Origin: Xanthobacteraceae bacterium
GTDB taxonomy: Bacteria; Pseudomonadota; Alphaproteobacteria; Rhizobiales; Xanthobacteraceae
Direction: 5' to 3'
DNA: 64,000 nucleotides
Assembly (NCBI GenBank): GCA_029266425.1
Contig: JAQSWY010000022.1
Location: 6,654 to 70,653, forward strand
The position numbers and the translations under genes were made by a program. The notes under the pieces were generated by a model that was not told the DNA's origin, made no database searches, and saw nothing but the letters and a program-made list of their open reading frames with translations. Below, piece by piece: positions 30,755 through 40,503 of this stretch (positions within the stretch are counted from its first letter, which is position 1; the number at the start of each line of letters is the position of its first letter).

Positions 30755-31366
30755 ATGTATTTGCTGAAGTATGCCGCCGTCCCTGCCCTCGCGCTGGCGC
30801 TCGCCGGCCCGGCCGCGGCCGCCTCGCCGACCGGGCTGTGGCCCTGCATCCAGCCCAAGGTGGCCGAGCTCGCCGCCGGGCAGATGTGGGCCGGCCCCCC
30901 GATCACGGACGCCAAATGGCGCGACGACCAGGATGTCGCGGAACTGGTGCCGGTGATCGCGGCCCGGCGCACCTCGATCGAGGACGCCACCACGAGGATC
31001 GAGCAGTTCGCCAAGGAGGCGGGCGCGGACAAGAAGGCGCGGCTGACCCTGCTGTTCGCCGGAGTGTTCGAGGAGATCAATGCGCTCCGCTCGCGCATTC
31101 TCGCAGGCATCGAGCGCTATTCGCAGCACCAGATCGACCTTTCCCAGCGCATCAAGGACGAGAGCCTGAAGCTGGCGCAGGCCAAGAAGGCCGCTTCCAA
31201 CGACGCCGACAAGGCGAAGGCGGGCGAGATCGAGCAGCAATTGCTGTGGGACACCCGGATCTATGATTCGCGCTCGCAGGCGATGACCGCGGTGTGCGAG
31301 AGCCCGGTGATCCTGGAGCAGCGCGCCTTCGCCATCGCACGGGCGATCCAGAACGTGATGGAGTGA
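30755..31366 (+). CDS. Exported hypothetical protein (LutG-like by position)
   Basis: Signal peptide; WPCIQPKV ... WDTRIY ... VCESPVILEQR; last gene of the ABC operon. Confidence 0.75.
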   Translation: MYLLKYAAVPALALALAGPAAAASPTGLWPCIQPKVAELAAGQMWAGPPITDAKWRDDQDVAELVPVIAARRTSIEDATTRIEQFAKEAGADKKARLTLLFAGVFEEINALRSRILAGIERYSQHQIDLSQRIKDESLKLAQAKKAASNDADKAKAGEIEQQLLWDTRIYDSRSQAMTAVCESPVILEQRAFAIARAIQNVME

Positions 31367-31391
31367 GGGGCCTTCCTTCGCATCCATCAGC

Positions 31392-31492
31392 CGTCATCCC
31401 GGACGGCCGCAGGCCGATCCGGGATCGCAAGAAGGGTTGCACGGACTTCACGCGATCCCGGCTCTACGGCTACGCCTCCGGCCGGGATGACG
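31392..31492. repeat. Family B repeat between convergent genes
   Basis: CGTCATCCCGGACGG...GATCCCGG...CCGGGATGACG. Confidence 0.88.
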
Positions 31493-31505
31493 ACCTAACG
31501 AGGTG

Positions 31506-32195
31506 TCACAACCGCGGCACGGCCGCTTCCAGGGGCAGGCCTGCCTTGGTCCAGCCGTCGCTGCCGCCGGGATACCAGGAGACATTGCTGAAGCCGTACT
31601 CGAGCGCACGCTTGGCGGCGTTCCAACTCATCCAGCAGTCGGTCTGGCAGTAGAACACCAGGGGCGCGGCGTGGCGTCCGTCGGTGACGCTCTGCAGCCC
31701 GCCGCGGAAATAGCCGTCCATCTGCGCATTGAGCACGCCATAGCCGACATTGGGCAGCCAGACGCTGCCGGGAATGTCGTCGCGCTTCTTGTCGCGCCAG
31801 ATAGTGCCGGGCGGAAGGTTGGCGGGCCTCGCGTCGCGCGGCATGACGTCGACGAACAGCGCCGCCTTGTCGCGCCAGAGCTTCGCCGCAGCGTCGGTGT
31901 CGATCACCTTGGCCCCGCGCAGCGTTGCCGGGGTCGGGGCGCGATACTCGTCCATGCGGTAGCCGTCAGGCTCCGGCGGCACCTTCTGCGGATGGAGGGC
32001 TTCCTGCACCGCCTTGGCGGTCGGGCTCGGCGCGACAGGCGCCGGGGCAGCTTCCTGGGCATAGGCCGGCGAGAGCGCCAGCACCACGGCCAGTCCGGCC
32101 ATGGCGAGCCACGCCAGGGGAACCGGCGATGCATCCTCGCGCGGCAGCGTTCCGGCCTCGCCCTGCAAGGGGCCGTGGCCGGGGCGCGCGGTCAT
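31506..32195 (-). CDS. Rhodanese-like PQQ-catabolism-associated 'CXXCW' protein
   Basis: YRAPTPATL, IPGSVWLPNVGYG, FYCQTDCWMSWNAAKRA, WYPGGSDGW. Confidence 0.88.
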   Translation of the reverse strand: MTARPGHGPLQGEAGTLPREDASPVPLAWLAMAGLAVVLALSPAYAQEAAPAPVAPSPTAKAVQEALHPQKVPPEPDGYRMDEYRAPTPATLRGAKVIDTDAAAKLWRDKAALFVDVMPRDARPANLPPGTIWRDKKRDDIPGSVWLPNVGYGVLNAQMDGYFRGGLQSVTDGRHAAPLVFYCQTDCWMSWNAAKRALEYGFSNVSWYPGGSDGWTKAGLPLEAAVPRL

Positions 32196-33043
32196 TTGCC
32201 GGCCTCGATCGGCTGGTTGCGCTCATCGAGGAGCGGCACGCCATATTCGATGAGGATGCGGTTGATGTCCTGCTGATTGGCGCCGATGAAGCCGTTGAGC
32301 TGGTGCTTCCAGTTCAGCTCGCCGGGGCGGATGGCGAGAGTGATGCGGTAGACGAGCTGCGGGTCGCCCTTCTCCTTCACCAGCGGCACCACATCGAGCG
32401 GGGCCTCGGAGCGGCGGGCATAATAGCCGCCGATCGGACCCCACAGGATCCCGGCATCGATCTCGCCCGCGCCGATGTCGGAGATCATCTGCTCGGCCGG
32501 GCTGTCATAGCGGCGGTCTACGGTCAGCGCATAGGGCCGCGCCATCGCCATCAGCCCGTTGCGGGCCATCAGGTCGCCCGGCGGGGTGCCGGCGACGACG
32601 CCGATGCGCCGGCCCTTGAGCCGCACATCCTCCAGCGTGTCGACGCCCTCGAGGTCGCCGCCCTTCTTGGTGATCAGCACAAAGGCGGATCTGTAATAGG
32701 GGTTGGTGTTGAGCACCGGATCGCCGCCGGCGACATAGCCCATCACCACGTCGCAGCGTTTCTCGCCGAGCGTCTTGCGGTAGAAGCCGGTGGCCTGCGG
32801 GAACCAGGTATAGTCCAGCGGCAGGTTGAGCTTGGCCGAGAGCAGATCGGCGATCTTGTTCTCGAAGCCCTCGCCCTTCTCATTGGTGAAGGGCATGTTG
32901 GCGGGATCCGCACACACGCGCAGCGTGGAGCGGTCGACGAGATCCGAGACTTGGGCAACTGCCGGCGACGCTGCGATGAGCATCGCCGTCAGAGCGGCGC
33001 CAAGCCTACTTACGCCCGAAGCACTGGTTCTCATTGTCACCAT
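32192..33043 (-). CDS. xoxJ: Periplasmic binding protein XoxJ (MxaJ-like)
   Basis: LRVCADPANMPF, GFENKIA, WGPIGGY; downstream of xoxFG. Confidence 0.9.
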   Translation of the reverse strand: MVTMRTSASGVSRLGAALTAMLIAASPAVAQVSDLVDRSTLRVCADPANMPFTNEKGEGFENKIADLLSAKLNLPLDYTWFPQATGFYRKTLGEKRCDVVMGYVAGGDPVLNTNPYYRSAFVLITKKGGDLEGVDTLEDVRLKGRRIGVVAGTPPGDLMARNGLMAMARPYALTVDRRYDSPAEQMISDIGAGEIDAGILWGPIGGYYARRSEAPLDVVPLVKEKGDPQLVYRITLAIRPGELNWKHQLNGFIGANQQDINRILIEYGVPLLDERNQPIEAGK

Positions 33044-33590
33044 ACGCCTTCGTCTTTTCCTCGCGCTTGCTCGGACGCTGGCGGTCGAGCGCGCCGTCCG
33101 CGCGGGCCTTCAAGTAAATGTAGATGTCGTCGACGTAGCACATCACATTCAGGTTCTCGCCGAAGGCCGGCATCACCTGGTTGGCCTGGCCGACGCCGAC
33201 ATTCTGCTTACCGTTGACGACGACCTCCATGTACTGGTCATGGGTCATGGTCTTGAGCGACTCCGCCAGCGCCGGAGCGTAGCTGGAGCCCAGGCCGTCC
33301 GGGCCGTGGCAGACATGGCACTCGGCGTGATAGCGGCGGTAGCCGCTATATGTGTACCAGTCCATCGTGCCGTCGGGGGCGAAATGATAGGTCGGGGTGC
33401 CGTCGGGGAGCGTGTACTTGCCCATCTCGTCCTTGGTCGCCGCGGCTTGGGCTTCGGCGGCAGGGGCGCCACCAGCGGCAGGTGCCGGCTGCTGCGCGAG
33501 AGCGGGGGCGCCACCGATCAGCAGCAAGGCGAGGGCAGCGGCGGCCGGCAGCATGCCGGAAAGAGACCGTCCGCGGATAGCATACTTCAT
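33006..33590 (-). CDS. xoxG: Cytochrome c XoxG
   Basis: CHVCH heme motif, YSGYRRYH, MPAFG. Confidence 0.9.
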   Translation of the reverse strand: MKYAIRGRSLSGMLPAAAALALLLIGGAPALAQQPAPAAGGAPAAEAQAAATKDEMGKYTLPDGTPTYHFAPDGTMDWYTYSGYRRYHAECHVCHGPDGLGSSYAPALAESLKTMTHDQYMEVVVNGKQNVGVGQANQVMPAFGENLNVMCYVDDIYIYLKARADGALDRQRPSKREEKTKAYGDNENQCFGRK

Positions 33591-33803
33591 GAGGGACACT
33601 CCCTGGGTCCAGGACCCTATTGTGCCGCTCCGGGGCCGGGGGAGGCCGGAGCAAAGTCTCTGGAACAGTTCTAAGATTCTTATAAGAACCGGATCTCCGA
33701 GACGCCGGGGCCTGGCACGCCGGCTCTCACCGACGGCCAGGCCCCTTTGTCTTGGAAGGTGGGAGCCGCCAGACTTGCGCCCGATCCGGCTCCCGCCCGT
33801 TGA

Positions 33804-35609
33804 TCAGTTCGGCAGGGCGAACACGGTCAGCTGACCGCCGAGGTTGGTGTAGTTGCTCAGGGCGGCGTAGCCACCCACGGCACCCAAACCGGCCTGCGGG
33901 TCAGTCAGGCCGGCCGCGAGGCCGATGCCTGCCCAGCCACCGACACCCGACAGGATGGCGATGTACTGCTTGCCCTTGTGCTCGTACGTGGTGACGTTGC
34001 CGATGATGCCCGACGGGGTCTTGAACTTGTAGAGTTCCTTGCCCGTCTTGCTATCGACCGCCTTCAGGTAGCCTTCGAGCGTGCCGTAGAAGACCACGTC
34101 GCCGGCGGTGGCGAGCGCACCCGACCACACCGAGAAGGGCTCCTTCAGCGACCACACGATCTTGCCCTTGGTGTTGTCCCAGGCGATGAAGTTGCCCATG
34201 CCGCCATGGCTGTTCGGCGCGGGGAACATCGAGAGGGTGGCACCGACGTAGGGCTGGCCCGCAGTGTAGCTGACGCGGAACGGCTCATAGTCCATGCAGA
34301 CGTGGTTGGTCGGCACGTAGAACAGCTTGGTCTTCGGCGAATACGCCGCCGGCTGCTGGTCCTTGGTGCCGAGCGCCGCCGGGCAGATGCCCTTGGTGTT
34401 GACGTCTTCACCCTGCTGCTCAGTCGAGAACTTGGACACGACCAGCGGACGACCATAGGTCTTGCTGTTCTTGTCCATGTCGACCTTGGTGGCCCAGTTC
34501 ACCACCGGGTCAAACTTCTCGGCGACGAGGAGCTCGCCCGTCACGCGGTCCAGCGTATAGCCGAAGCCGTTACGGTCGAAGTGGGTGAGCAGCTTGCGCT
34601 GCTGGCCGTTCATCTCCTGATCCGTGAGGATCATCTCGTTGATGCCGTCGAAGTCCCACTCGTCGTGGGGGGTCATCTGGTAGACCCACTTCGCCATGCC
34701 GGTGTCGGCGTCACGGGCGAAAATGGTCATCGACCACTTGTTGTCGCCGGGGCGCTGCTTCGGGTTCCAGGTCGAGGGATTGCCCGAGCCGTAATAGACG
34801 AGGTTGGTTTCCGGATCGTAGGAATACCAGCCCCAGGTACAGCCGCCGCCGATCTTCCACTGATCGCCTTCCCAGGTCTTCAGCGAAGAATCCTTGCCAA
34901 TCGGCTTGCCGAGGTCGGTGGTCTTCTCCGGGTCGACCAGGAGGTCGCTGTCCGGACCCATCGAGTAGCCGCGCCACACCTGCTTGCCGGTGGCGCTGTC
35001 ATAGGCGGTCACGTGGCAGCGCACGCCGAACTCGCCGCCGGAGATGCCGACGATCACCTTGTCCTTCACCGGAAGAACGGTCGCGGTGTTGGTCTCACCC
35101 TTCTTGGGATCGCCATTGACCACGGACCACTTCTTCGCGCCGGTCTTGGCGTCGAGCGCCACCAGCGTGGTGTCGGCCTGATGCAGGTAGATCATCCCGT
35201 CGGAATAGGCGAGACCGCGATTGACCGTGTCGCAGCACATCACCGGAATGACGTTCGGATCCTGCTTCGGCTCGTACTTCCAGATGATCTTGCCATCGTT
35301 GTTGAGGTCGAGGGCATAGACGATGTTGGGGAACGGCGTGTGTACGTACATCACGTCGCCGATGATGAGCGGCCCGCCTTCGTGACCGCGGAGCACGCCG
35401 GTCGAGAAGGTCCAGGCCACCTGCATCTTGCCGACATTGCCGGCATTGATCTGATTGAGCTGGGAATAACGGGTGTTGGCGTAATCGCCGGTCTGAATAC
35501 CCCATTGCTTGGGGTCTTTGATGATTTTCTGCAGTCCGTCATTGGCCATGGCGGGCATAGCAACGGCCGCAGTACCCAGCAGCATTGCCGCATAGGCGAG
35601 CTTGCGCAT
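33804..35609 (-). CDS. xoxF: Lanthanide-dependent PQQ methanol dehydrogenase XoxF (probably XoxF5)
   Basis: Vicinal CC in [10 protein letters not shown]; GISGGEFG; [11 protein letters not shown] carrying the extra Asp diagnostic of lanthanide binding (Ala in MxaF); AGGAGGAG SD. Confidence 0.96.
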   Translation of the reverse strand: MRKLAYAAMLLGTAAVAMPAMANDGLQKIIKDPKQWGIQTGDYANTRYSQLNQINAGNVGKMQVAWTFSTGVLRGHEGGPLIIGDVMYVHTPFPNIVYALDLNNDGKIIWKYEPKQDPNVIPVMCCDTVNRGLAYSDGMIYLHQADTTLVALDAKTGAKKWSVVNGDPKKGETNTATVLPVKDKVIVGISGGEFGVRCHVTAYDSATGKQVWRGYSMGPDSDLLVDPEKTTDLGKPIGKDSSLKTWEGDQWKIGGGCTWGWYSYDPETNLVYYGSGNPSTWNPKQRPGDNKWSMTIFARDADTGMAKWVYQMTPHDEWDFDGINEMILTDQEMNGQQRKLLTHFDRNGFGYTLDRVTGELLVAEKFDPVVNWATKVDMDKNSKTYGRPLVVSKFSTEQQGEDVNTKGICPAALGTKDQQPAAYSPKTKLFYVPTNHVCMDYEPFRVSYTAGQPYVGATLSMFPAPNSHGGMGNFIAWDNTKGKIVWSLKEPFSVWSGALATAGDVVFYGTLEGYLKAVDSKTGKELYKFKTPSGIIGNVTTYEHKGKQYIAILSGVGGWAGIGLAAGLTDPQAGLGAVGGYAALSNYTNLGGQLTVFALPN

Positions 35610-35999
35610 GCGTAATCTCCTCCTGAACGCGATCCTCCGGGCGCTATCGACCGGTATTCGGGCGATCCGCTGCCGATTTATTCTTTTCATTCTGACCGTT
35701 CATCTTCGGCAGCGTGTCACGACCGGCTGGGGGGAGAAACAGCCGGATTCACGGGGGCATCCCGCCCCAAGCTGGCCTACGAACCGAATTCAAGGAGAAA
35801 ATCCCCCAAAACCCGTTGAAGCCGAAGACGAAAGGAGCCTAGACCCATTTTGAACGGCACGCAATAAGAACCCTTAAGAGAAACGCCCTTATTATGATTT
35901 TGCTGCAGGTGCGAAGGTGGCATCTGTTATGCCAGTCTGGAATACTTGTATTTCCTGGGCATCTCGCTGCGACGCGAACGAAATCCCGGTGCCCCTACC

Positions 36000-36974
36000 C
36001 TATTCCCACTCATATTCATGGTAGGCGGCGATGGCGTTTCGAGGATTGAATTCGTCGAACAGCGCCCATTTTTCCCGCTCCGATTGCGCTACACGGTCGG
36101 GTGCAACGCTCATCGGTTGCCCTTCCGCGATGAGACGCCGCACGTCGGCCTCGACGAGGTGGAGATAGCGCCGCTCATCGCCGGCCGCCGCCGGCCAGGC
36201 GACCGAGGCGGGCCCGTGGCCGGGCACGACCCGGGCGGCGCCACGCGCCTTCAACGTCTCCATCAGCGTCAGCCAGCCCTTCAGGCTGCCGTCCAGCGTC
36301 GGCACATGGCCGACGAACAGGAGATCGCCGAGGAACCAGGTGCCGGAGGCTTCGTCGAACACGGTGAGGTCGTTGTCGGTGTGCGCGGTCGGCCATGATT
36401 CGAGAATCAGCACACGTCCGCCGAGATCGAGGCTCATTCGCTCCTCGACCAGGAGGTCCGGCAGCACCACTTCGGTGCCCTCCGCGAGCGGGCCGAGCAG
36501 GCGGCGCACCTGGTCCGTATAGGTGTCGGTGCGCACCGCCAGCGCGCGCGGCATCTTGCGGTGGGCGACGAAGCGCACCGGTTCGCTGCCGCCTGCACCG
36601 CGGAAGGCGGCATTGCCGAGCACATGGTCGGGATGCATGTGGGTGTTGATGACGTAGCGCACCGGCCGATCGGTGACGCGGCGCACCGCCTCCAGCATGC
36701 GCTGCCCGGTGAGCACGCTGTTGCCGGTGTCGATCACGGCTGCGGCTTGCGAGCCGACCACGAGGCCCAGATTGCAGATGGCGCCGCCATTCTCCGGCGC
36801 CAGCAATTCATAAGGCGCGGCGAAGGCGAACACGCCGTCGGCGAGCTTTTCCAGCTTCAGGGGATCGCGCGCGGTCGCCGTTGTGGTCTCCGCGGCAGCG
36901 AACCGCGTGCCGGCCGCGGCGCACGCCGCACAGGCGAGGAAGGCACGGCGGTCGAGACGGAAAGCCGGTGCCAT
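36000..36974 (-). CDS. Quinoprotein relay system zinc metallohydrolase (MBL fold, Tat)
   Basis: DRRAFL Tat motif, THMHPDH, AHTDND, GDLLF, VPGHG, acidic C-terminus HEYEWE. Confidence 0.85.
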   Translation of the reverse strand: MAPAFRLDRRAFLACAACAAAGTRFAAAETTTATARDPLKLEKLADGVFAFAAPYELLAPENGGAICNLGLVVGSQAAAVIDTGNSVLTGQRMLEAVRRVTDRPVRYVINTHMHPDHVLGNAAFRGAGGSEPVRFVAHRKMPRALAVRTDTYTDQVRRLLGPLAEGTEVVLPDLLVEERMSLDLGGRVLILESWPTAHTDNDLTVFDEASGTWFLGDLLFVGHVPTLDGSLKGWLTLMETLKARGAARVVPGHGPASVAWPAAAGDERRYLHLVEADVRRLIAEGQPMSVAPDRVAQSEREKWALFDEFNPRNAIAAYHEYEWE

Positions 36975-37005
36975 GGTTGACAGCTCCGGAGAGCACCCGT
37001 TCCAC

Positions 37006-37090
37006 CGTCATGGCCGGGCTTGTCCCGGCCATCTCGGCGGCTGACGCACTGTCAGGAATCGAGATCCCCGGGACAAGCCCGGGGACGACG
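37006..37090. repeat. Family C repeat
   Basis: CGTCATGGCCGGGCTTGTCCCGGCCATC...GACAAGCCCGGGGACGACG. Confidence 0.88.
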
Positions 37091-37108
37091 GTTCATCTGG
37101 AATGACCC

Positions 37109-37513
37109 CTACTTCTTCTTGCCGGTCTCGTCGAACTGCACGAGATAGGCCTCGAGGTCGGCGCGGTCGGTCTCCTTGGGCAGGCCGGCGAACACCATCT
37201 TGATCCCCGGCAGGTAGCCCTTCGGGTTCTCCAGATACTTGTTCAGCTTTTCGGCGTCCCACACCTCGCCCTTGGCGTTGTGCTCCTTCAGCGTCTCGGA
37301 ATAGTTGAAGCCGGCGACCGCGCCCATCTTGCGGCCGACGATGCCGTTGAGCTCGGGGCCGACCTTGTTCTTGGCGCCTTCACCGACGGCATGGCACGCC
37401 ATGCACTTCTTGAAGACAGTTGCGCCCTTCTCGGGATCGCCCGCCGGGCTCTGGGCGAGAGCGGCGGTCGTGCCGAGGGCGAGGAGGGCGGCGGAGAGGA
37501 GAATGCGATTCAT
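37109..37513 (-). CDS. Class I cytochrome c (c2/c550-like)
   Basis: Signal peptide; CMACH; GPELNGI; GIKMVFAGL. Confidence 0.92.
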   Translation of the reverse strand: MNRILLSAALLALGTTAALAQSPAGDPEKGATVFKKCMACHAVGEGAKNKVGPELNGIVGRKMGAVAGFNYSETLKEHNAKGEVWDAEKLNKYLENPKGYLPGIKMVFAGLPKETDRADLEAYLVQFDETGKKK

Positions 37514-37753
37514 CTGTGTCCTTCCCGGGAGATATCGTTGCAACGCCGTCATGCGCGGCGCTTGATGAGGCGCGCACCTTAGCGCCGGAGTTAGAATGAT
37601 CCTAGACGACCAAAGATCCATGCAAGATCAAACAGCCCCGACAAAAGGCCGCATTCCCGGCAGGAATGCATCCATCCGAGGTGCGGCACGGCGTCACGAG
37701 GCGGCCGTTGGATATTCCAGTGACGCCGTCCTGAGACGCCAATCCAATACGAA

Positions 37754-37835
37754 CGTCATCCCCGGCCTTGTGCCGGGGATCTCGTTGGCTGACAGAGCAT
37801 CAGGGACCGAGATGGCCGGGACAAGCTCGGCCATC
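37754..37835. repeat. Family C repeat
   Basis: CGTCATCCCCGGCCTTGTGCCGGGGATC...GATGGCCGGGACAAGCTCGGCCATC. Confidence 0.85.
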
Positions 37836-37896
37836 TCGGTGGAGAGGGACCCGCTTTCTATCGGATGTATGCTTGGGCTCAGGAGGCAGCGCAGCC

Positions 37897-38487
37897 ATGG
37901 CTGACCCCTCCCCCGCTCCCGAAATCGTGAAGCTCGGCGGCAGCCTCATCCGCTCGCCGCGGCTGCCGGCGCTGCTCGCCGGGCTGGCCGAAGCCGGCGC
38001 GCCGCTCGTGATCGTGCCGGGCGGCGGGCCGTTTGCCGACACCGTGCGCGCGGCACAGCCGATCATCGGCTTCTCCGAGGAGGCCGCGCACCGCATGGCG
38101 ATCCTCGGCATGGAGCAGACCGCGTTCGCCCTCGCCGATCTCGAGCCGAGGCTCGCGCCCTGCGCCGACGAGCGCTCTTTCACGCGTGCCCGCAAGGCCG
38201 GACACGCCGCGCTGTGGATGCCGGTGCCGCTCGCGCTCGATGCGGAGGTGCCGGCGAACTGGGAGGTCACGTCCGACAGCCTCGCCGCCTGGCTCGCCAT
38301 CCGGCTGAAGGCGTGTCGCCTCACCTTGATCAAGTCGGCCGACGTGAAAACCCCGGACGGTCCGCCGCAGCTCTGGGCCGCCGACGGACTTGTGGACGCG
38401 CATTTCCCCTCTATCTGTCGTCGCTTCGAGGGCGCGGTGCGGGCGATCTCGCTCGACGAGGCGCTGGAGGGGGAGATCGCGGCATGA
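37897..38487 (+). CDS. Amino-acid-kinase-family protein Orf21 (MfnE-like, methylofuran biosynthesis)
   Basis: VKLGGSL, VPGGGPFAD, WEVTSDSLAAW. Confidence 0.8.
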   Translation: MADPSPAPEIVKLGGSLIRSPRLPALLAGLAEAGAPLVIVPGGGPFADTVRAAQPIIGFSEEAAHRMAILGMEQTAFALADLEPRLAPCADERSFTRARKAGHAALWMPVPLALDAEVPANWEVTSDSLAAWLAIRLKACRLTLIKSADVKTPDGPPQLWAADGLVDAHFPSICRRFEGAVRAISLDEALEGEIAA

Positions 38488-39077
38488 CGGACGGCATCTC
38501 GGACGGCATCTCGAACGGCGCCACGCGGCGCTGGGGCTGGGCGCTCACCGGCTCGGGGCATTTCTTCACCGAATCGATCGAGCTGATCCGCGAGCTCAAT
38601 GATGTCGATCTGTTCGTCTCCGCGGCGGCGGACGAGGTGCTGCGGATGTACCGCAAGGACAAGGAGGTGCTCCCCGCCTCCACCCGCATCTTCAAGGAGA
38701 CCACCGCCTCGTCGGTCCCGGTCGGGCAGTTCTATGAGGGGATCTACCACACCCTCATCGTCTCGCCGGCCTCGTCGAACACGGTGGCGAAGTGCGTCTA
38801 CGGCATCTCCGACACGCTGGTGACGAACTGTTTCGCCCAGGCTGGCAAATGCCGGGTGCACACCATCGTCTTCGCCTGCGACACCGCTCCCGAGATGATG
38901 ACCATGGCGCCGAAGGGCCCGGTGCCGGTCTATCCGCGGCGGATCGATCTCGAGAACACCGCGAAGCTGAAGGAGTTCGACGACTGCACGGTGGTCGAAT
39001 CCATTGCCGAGCTGCGCGGCGCGATCGATGCCCGCCGCGCGTGGCTGGCGAGCGAAGCAAAGGCCGCCAATGGCTGA
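38484..39077 (+). CDS. dmrB: Archaeal-type flavoprotein AfpA / dihydromethanopterin reductase DmrB
   Basis: WALTGSGHF, PASSNTVAKCVYGISDTLVTN, VFACD; N-terminal 12-bp tandem repeat (DGIS-DGIS). Confidence 0.78.
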   Translation: MTDGISDGISNGATRRWGWALTGSGHFFTESIELIRELNDVDLFVSAAADEVLRMYRKDKEVLPASTRIFKETTASSVPVGQFYEGIYHTLIVSPASSNTVAKCVYGISDTLVTNCFAQAGKCRVHTIVFACDTAPEMMTMAPKGPVPVYPRRIDLENTAKLKEFDDCTVVESIAELRGAIDARRAWLASEAKAANG

Positions 39078-40503
39078 AGACGCCTTGCCCCGCACCCGGG
39101 TCGCGCTCGTCACCGGCTCGCTCGCCGAGCCGAGGCTGACGCAGATCGCCGGCGAGGTGGCGGACGAGACCCTCGACCCGGTCGTGGTCAGTGTCGGGGT
39201 GAAGGTGGCGGCGCTGATGACCGCCGAGATCGTCGAGCGGCGCCTGAAGATCCCGGAAGGCACCGACCGCGTGCTGATGCCGGGCCGCTTCCGCGGCGAC
39301 CTCGACCGGCTGGAGCGCTTCTTCAATGTGCCCTTCGCTCGCGGGCCCGACGAGATGGCCGACCTGCCGGACTATTTCGGGCAGTCGAAGCGCGCCGCCG
39401 ACCTCAGCCGGCAAGATGTCCTCATCTTCGCCGAGATCGTCGATGCAGTGAGGCTCGATGTCCCCGGCATCCTCGCCAAGGCGAAGCACCTTGTTGGCGA
39501 AGGCGCCGACGTCATCGATCTCGGCTGCCTGCCGGACAGCGAATTCCCGCATCTGGAAGCCGCCATCGGCGCCCTGAAGGCCGAGGGCATCAAGGTGAGC
39601 GTCGATTCGTTCGATGCCGCCGAGCTGTCCCGCGCCACCCGCGCCGGAGCGGATTATCTGCTCAGCCTCAACGAGACCAATCTTTCCATCGCCGAGGAAG
39701 GCTCCGCCGTGCCGGTGCTGGTGCCGGCGACGCAGGGCGATGTCTCGTCCCTCGCCCGCGCCATCGATATCTGCATTGCGAAGGGCCAGGCCTTCTATGC
39801 CGATCCGATCCTCGATCCGATCCATTACGGCTTCACCGCCTCGCTGCTGCGCTATGCCGAGATCCGCCGTCGCTATCCGGACATTCCGATCCTCATGGGC
39901 ATCGGCAACGTCACCGAGCTGACCGATGCCGACACCACCGGCATCAACGCGGTGCTGATGGGCATCATCTCCGAACTCAGGCTCAACGCCGTGCTGGCGG
40001 TGCAGGTCAGCCCGCACTGCCGCACGGCGGTGCGCGAGTTCGACCGAGCGCGCCGTGAATTCTTCGCCGCCCGCGCCGCCGGCGCGCTGCCGCAGGGCTT
40101 CGGCCACGGGCTGATGGCGCTTCGCGACCGCAAGCCGTTCGCGACGACGCCCGACGAGGTTGCCCGGCTCGCCGCCGAGGTGAAGGACCGCAATTTCCGC
40201 ATCGAGGTCACGGAAGACGGCATCCACATCTATAATCGCGACGGCCACCATGTCGCGGCCGATCCGTTCGCGCTGTTCCCGCATCTGAAGGTCGAGGAGG
40301 ACGGCGCGCACGCTTTCTATCTCGGGGTCGAGACCGCGCGCGCCGAGATCGCCTATCTGCTCGGCAAGCGCTATGCGCAGGACGAGCCGTTGAAATGGGG
40401 TGTTGCCGGCGAGACCGGCGGCAGCGCCGACGACGCACACCGCTTGACCTTCAAGGAAGCCGGGTCGACCCTGTCGGGGAAGCAGGGCAAGATCGAAGAA
40501 TGA
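39070..40503 (+). CDS. Dihydropteroate-synthase-like protein Orf20 (H4MPT biosynthesis)
   Basis: IFAEIVDA, GADVIDLG, DPILDPIHYG, GNVTELTDAD, HAFYLGVE. Confidence 0.85.
   Translation: MAEDALPRTRVALVTGSLAEPRLTQIAGEVADETLDPVVVSVGVKVAALMTAEIVERRLKIPEGTDRVLMPGRFRGDLDRLERFFNVPFARGPDEMADLPDYFGQSKRAADLSRQDVLIFAEIVDAVRLDVPGILAKAKHLVGEGADVIDLGCLPDSEFPHLEAAIGALKAEGIKVSVDSFDAAELSRATRAGADYLLSLNETNLSIAEEGSAVPVLVPATQGDVSSLARAIDICIAKGQAFYADPILDPIHYGFTASLLRYAEIRRRYPDIPILMGIGNVTELTDADTTGINAVLMGIISELRLNAVLAVQVSPHCRTAVREFDRARREFFAARAAGALPQGFGHGLMALRDRKPFATTPDEVARLAAEVKDRNFRIEVTEDGIHIYNRDGHHVAADPFALFPHLKVEEDGAHAFYLGVETARAEIAYLLGKRYAQDEPLKWGVAGETGGSADDAHRLTFKEAGSTLSGKQGKIEE

Noticed and set aside
33804-35609. Calcium-dependent MxaF
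   Set aside because: Has the D-x-D lanthanide-binding Asp, and no mxaI or mxaACKL genes are nearby.
36000-36974. Beta-lactamase resistance gene (also considered for 8898-10040)
   Set aside because: MBL fold only; motifs and context fit non-resistance hydrolase families.
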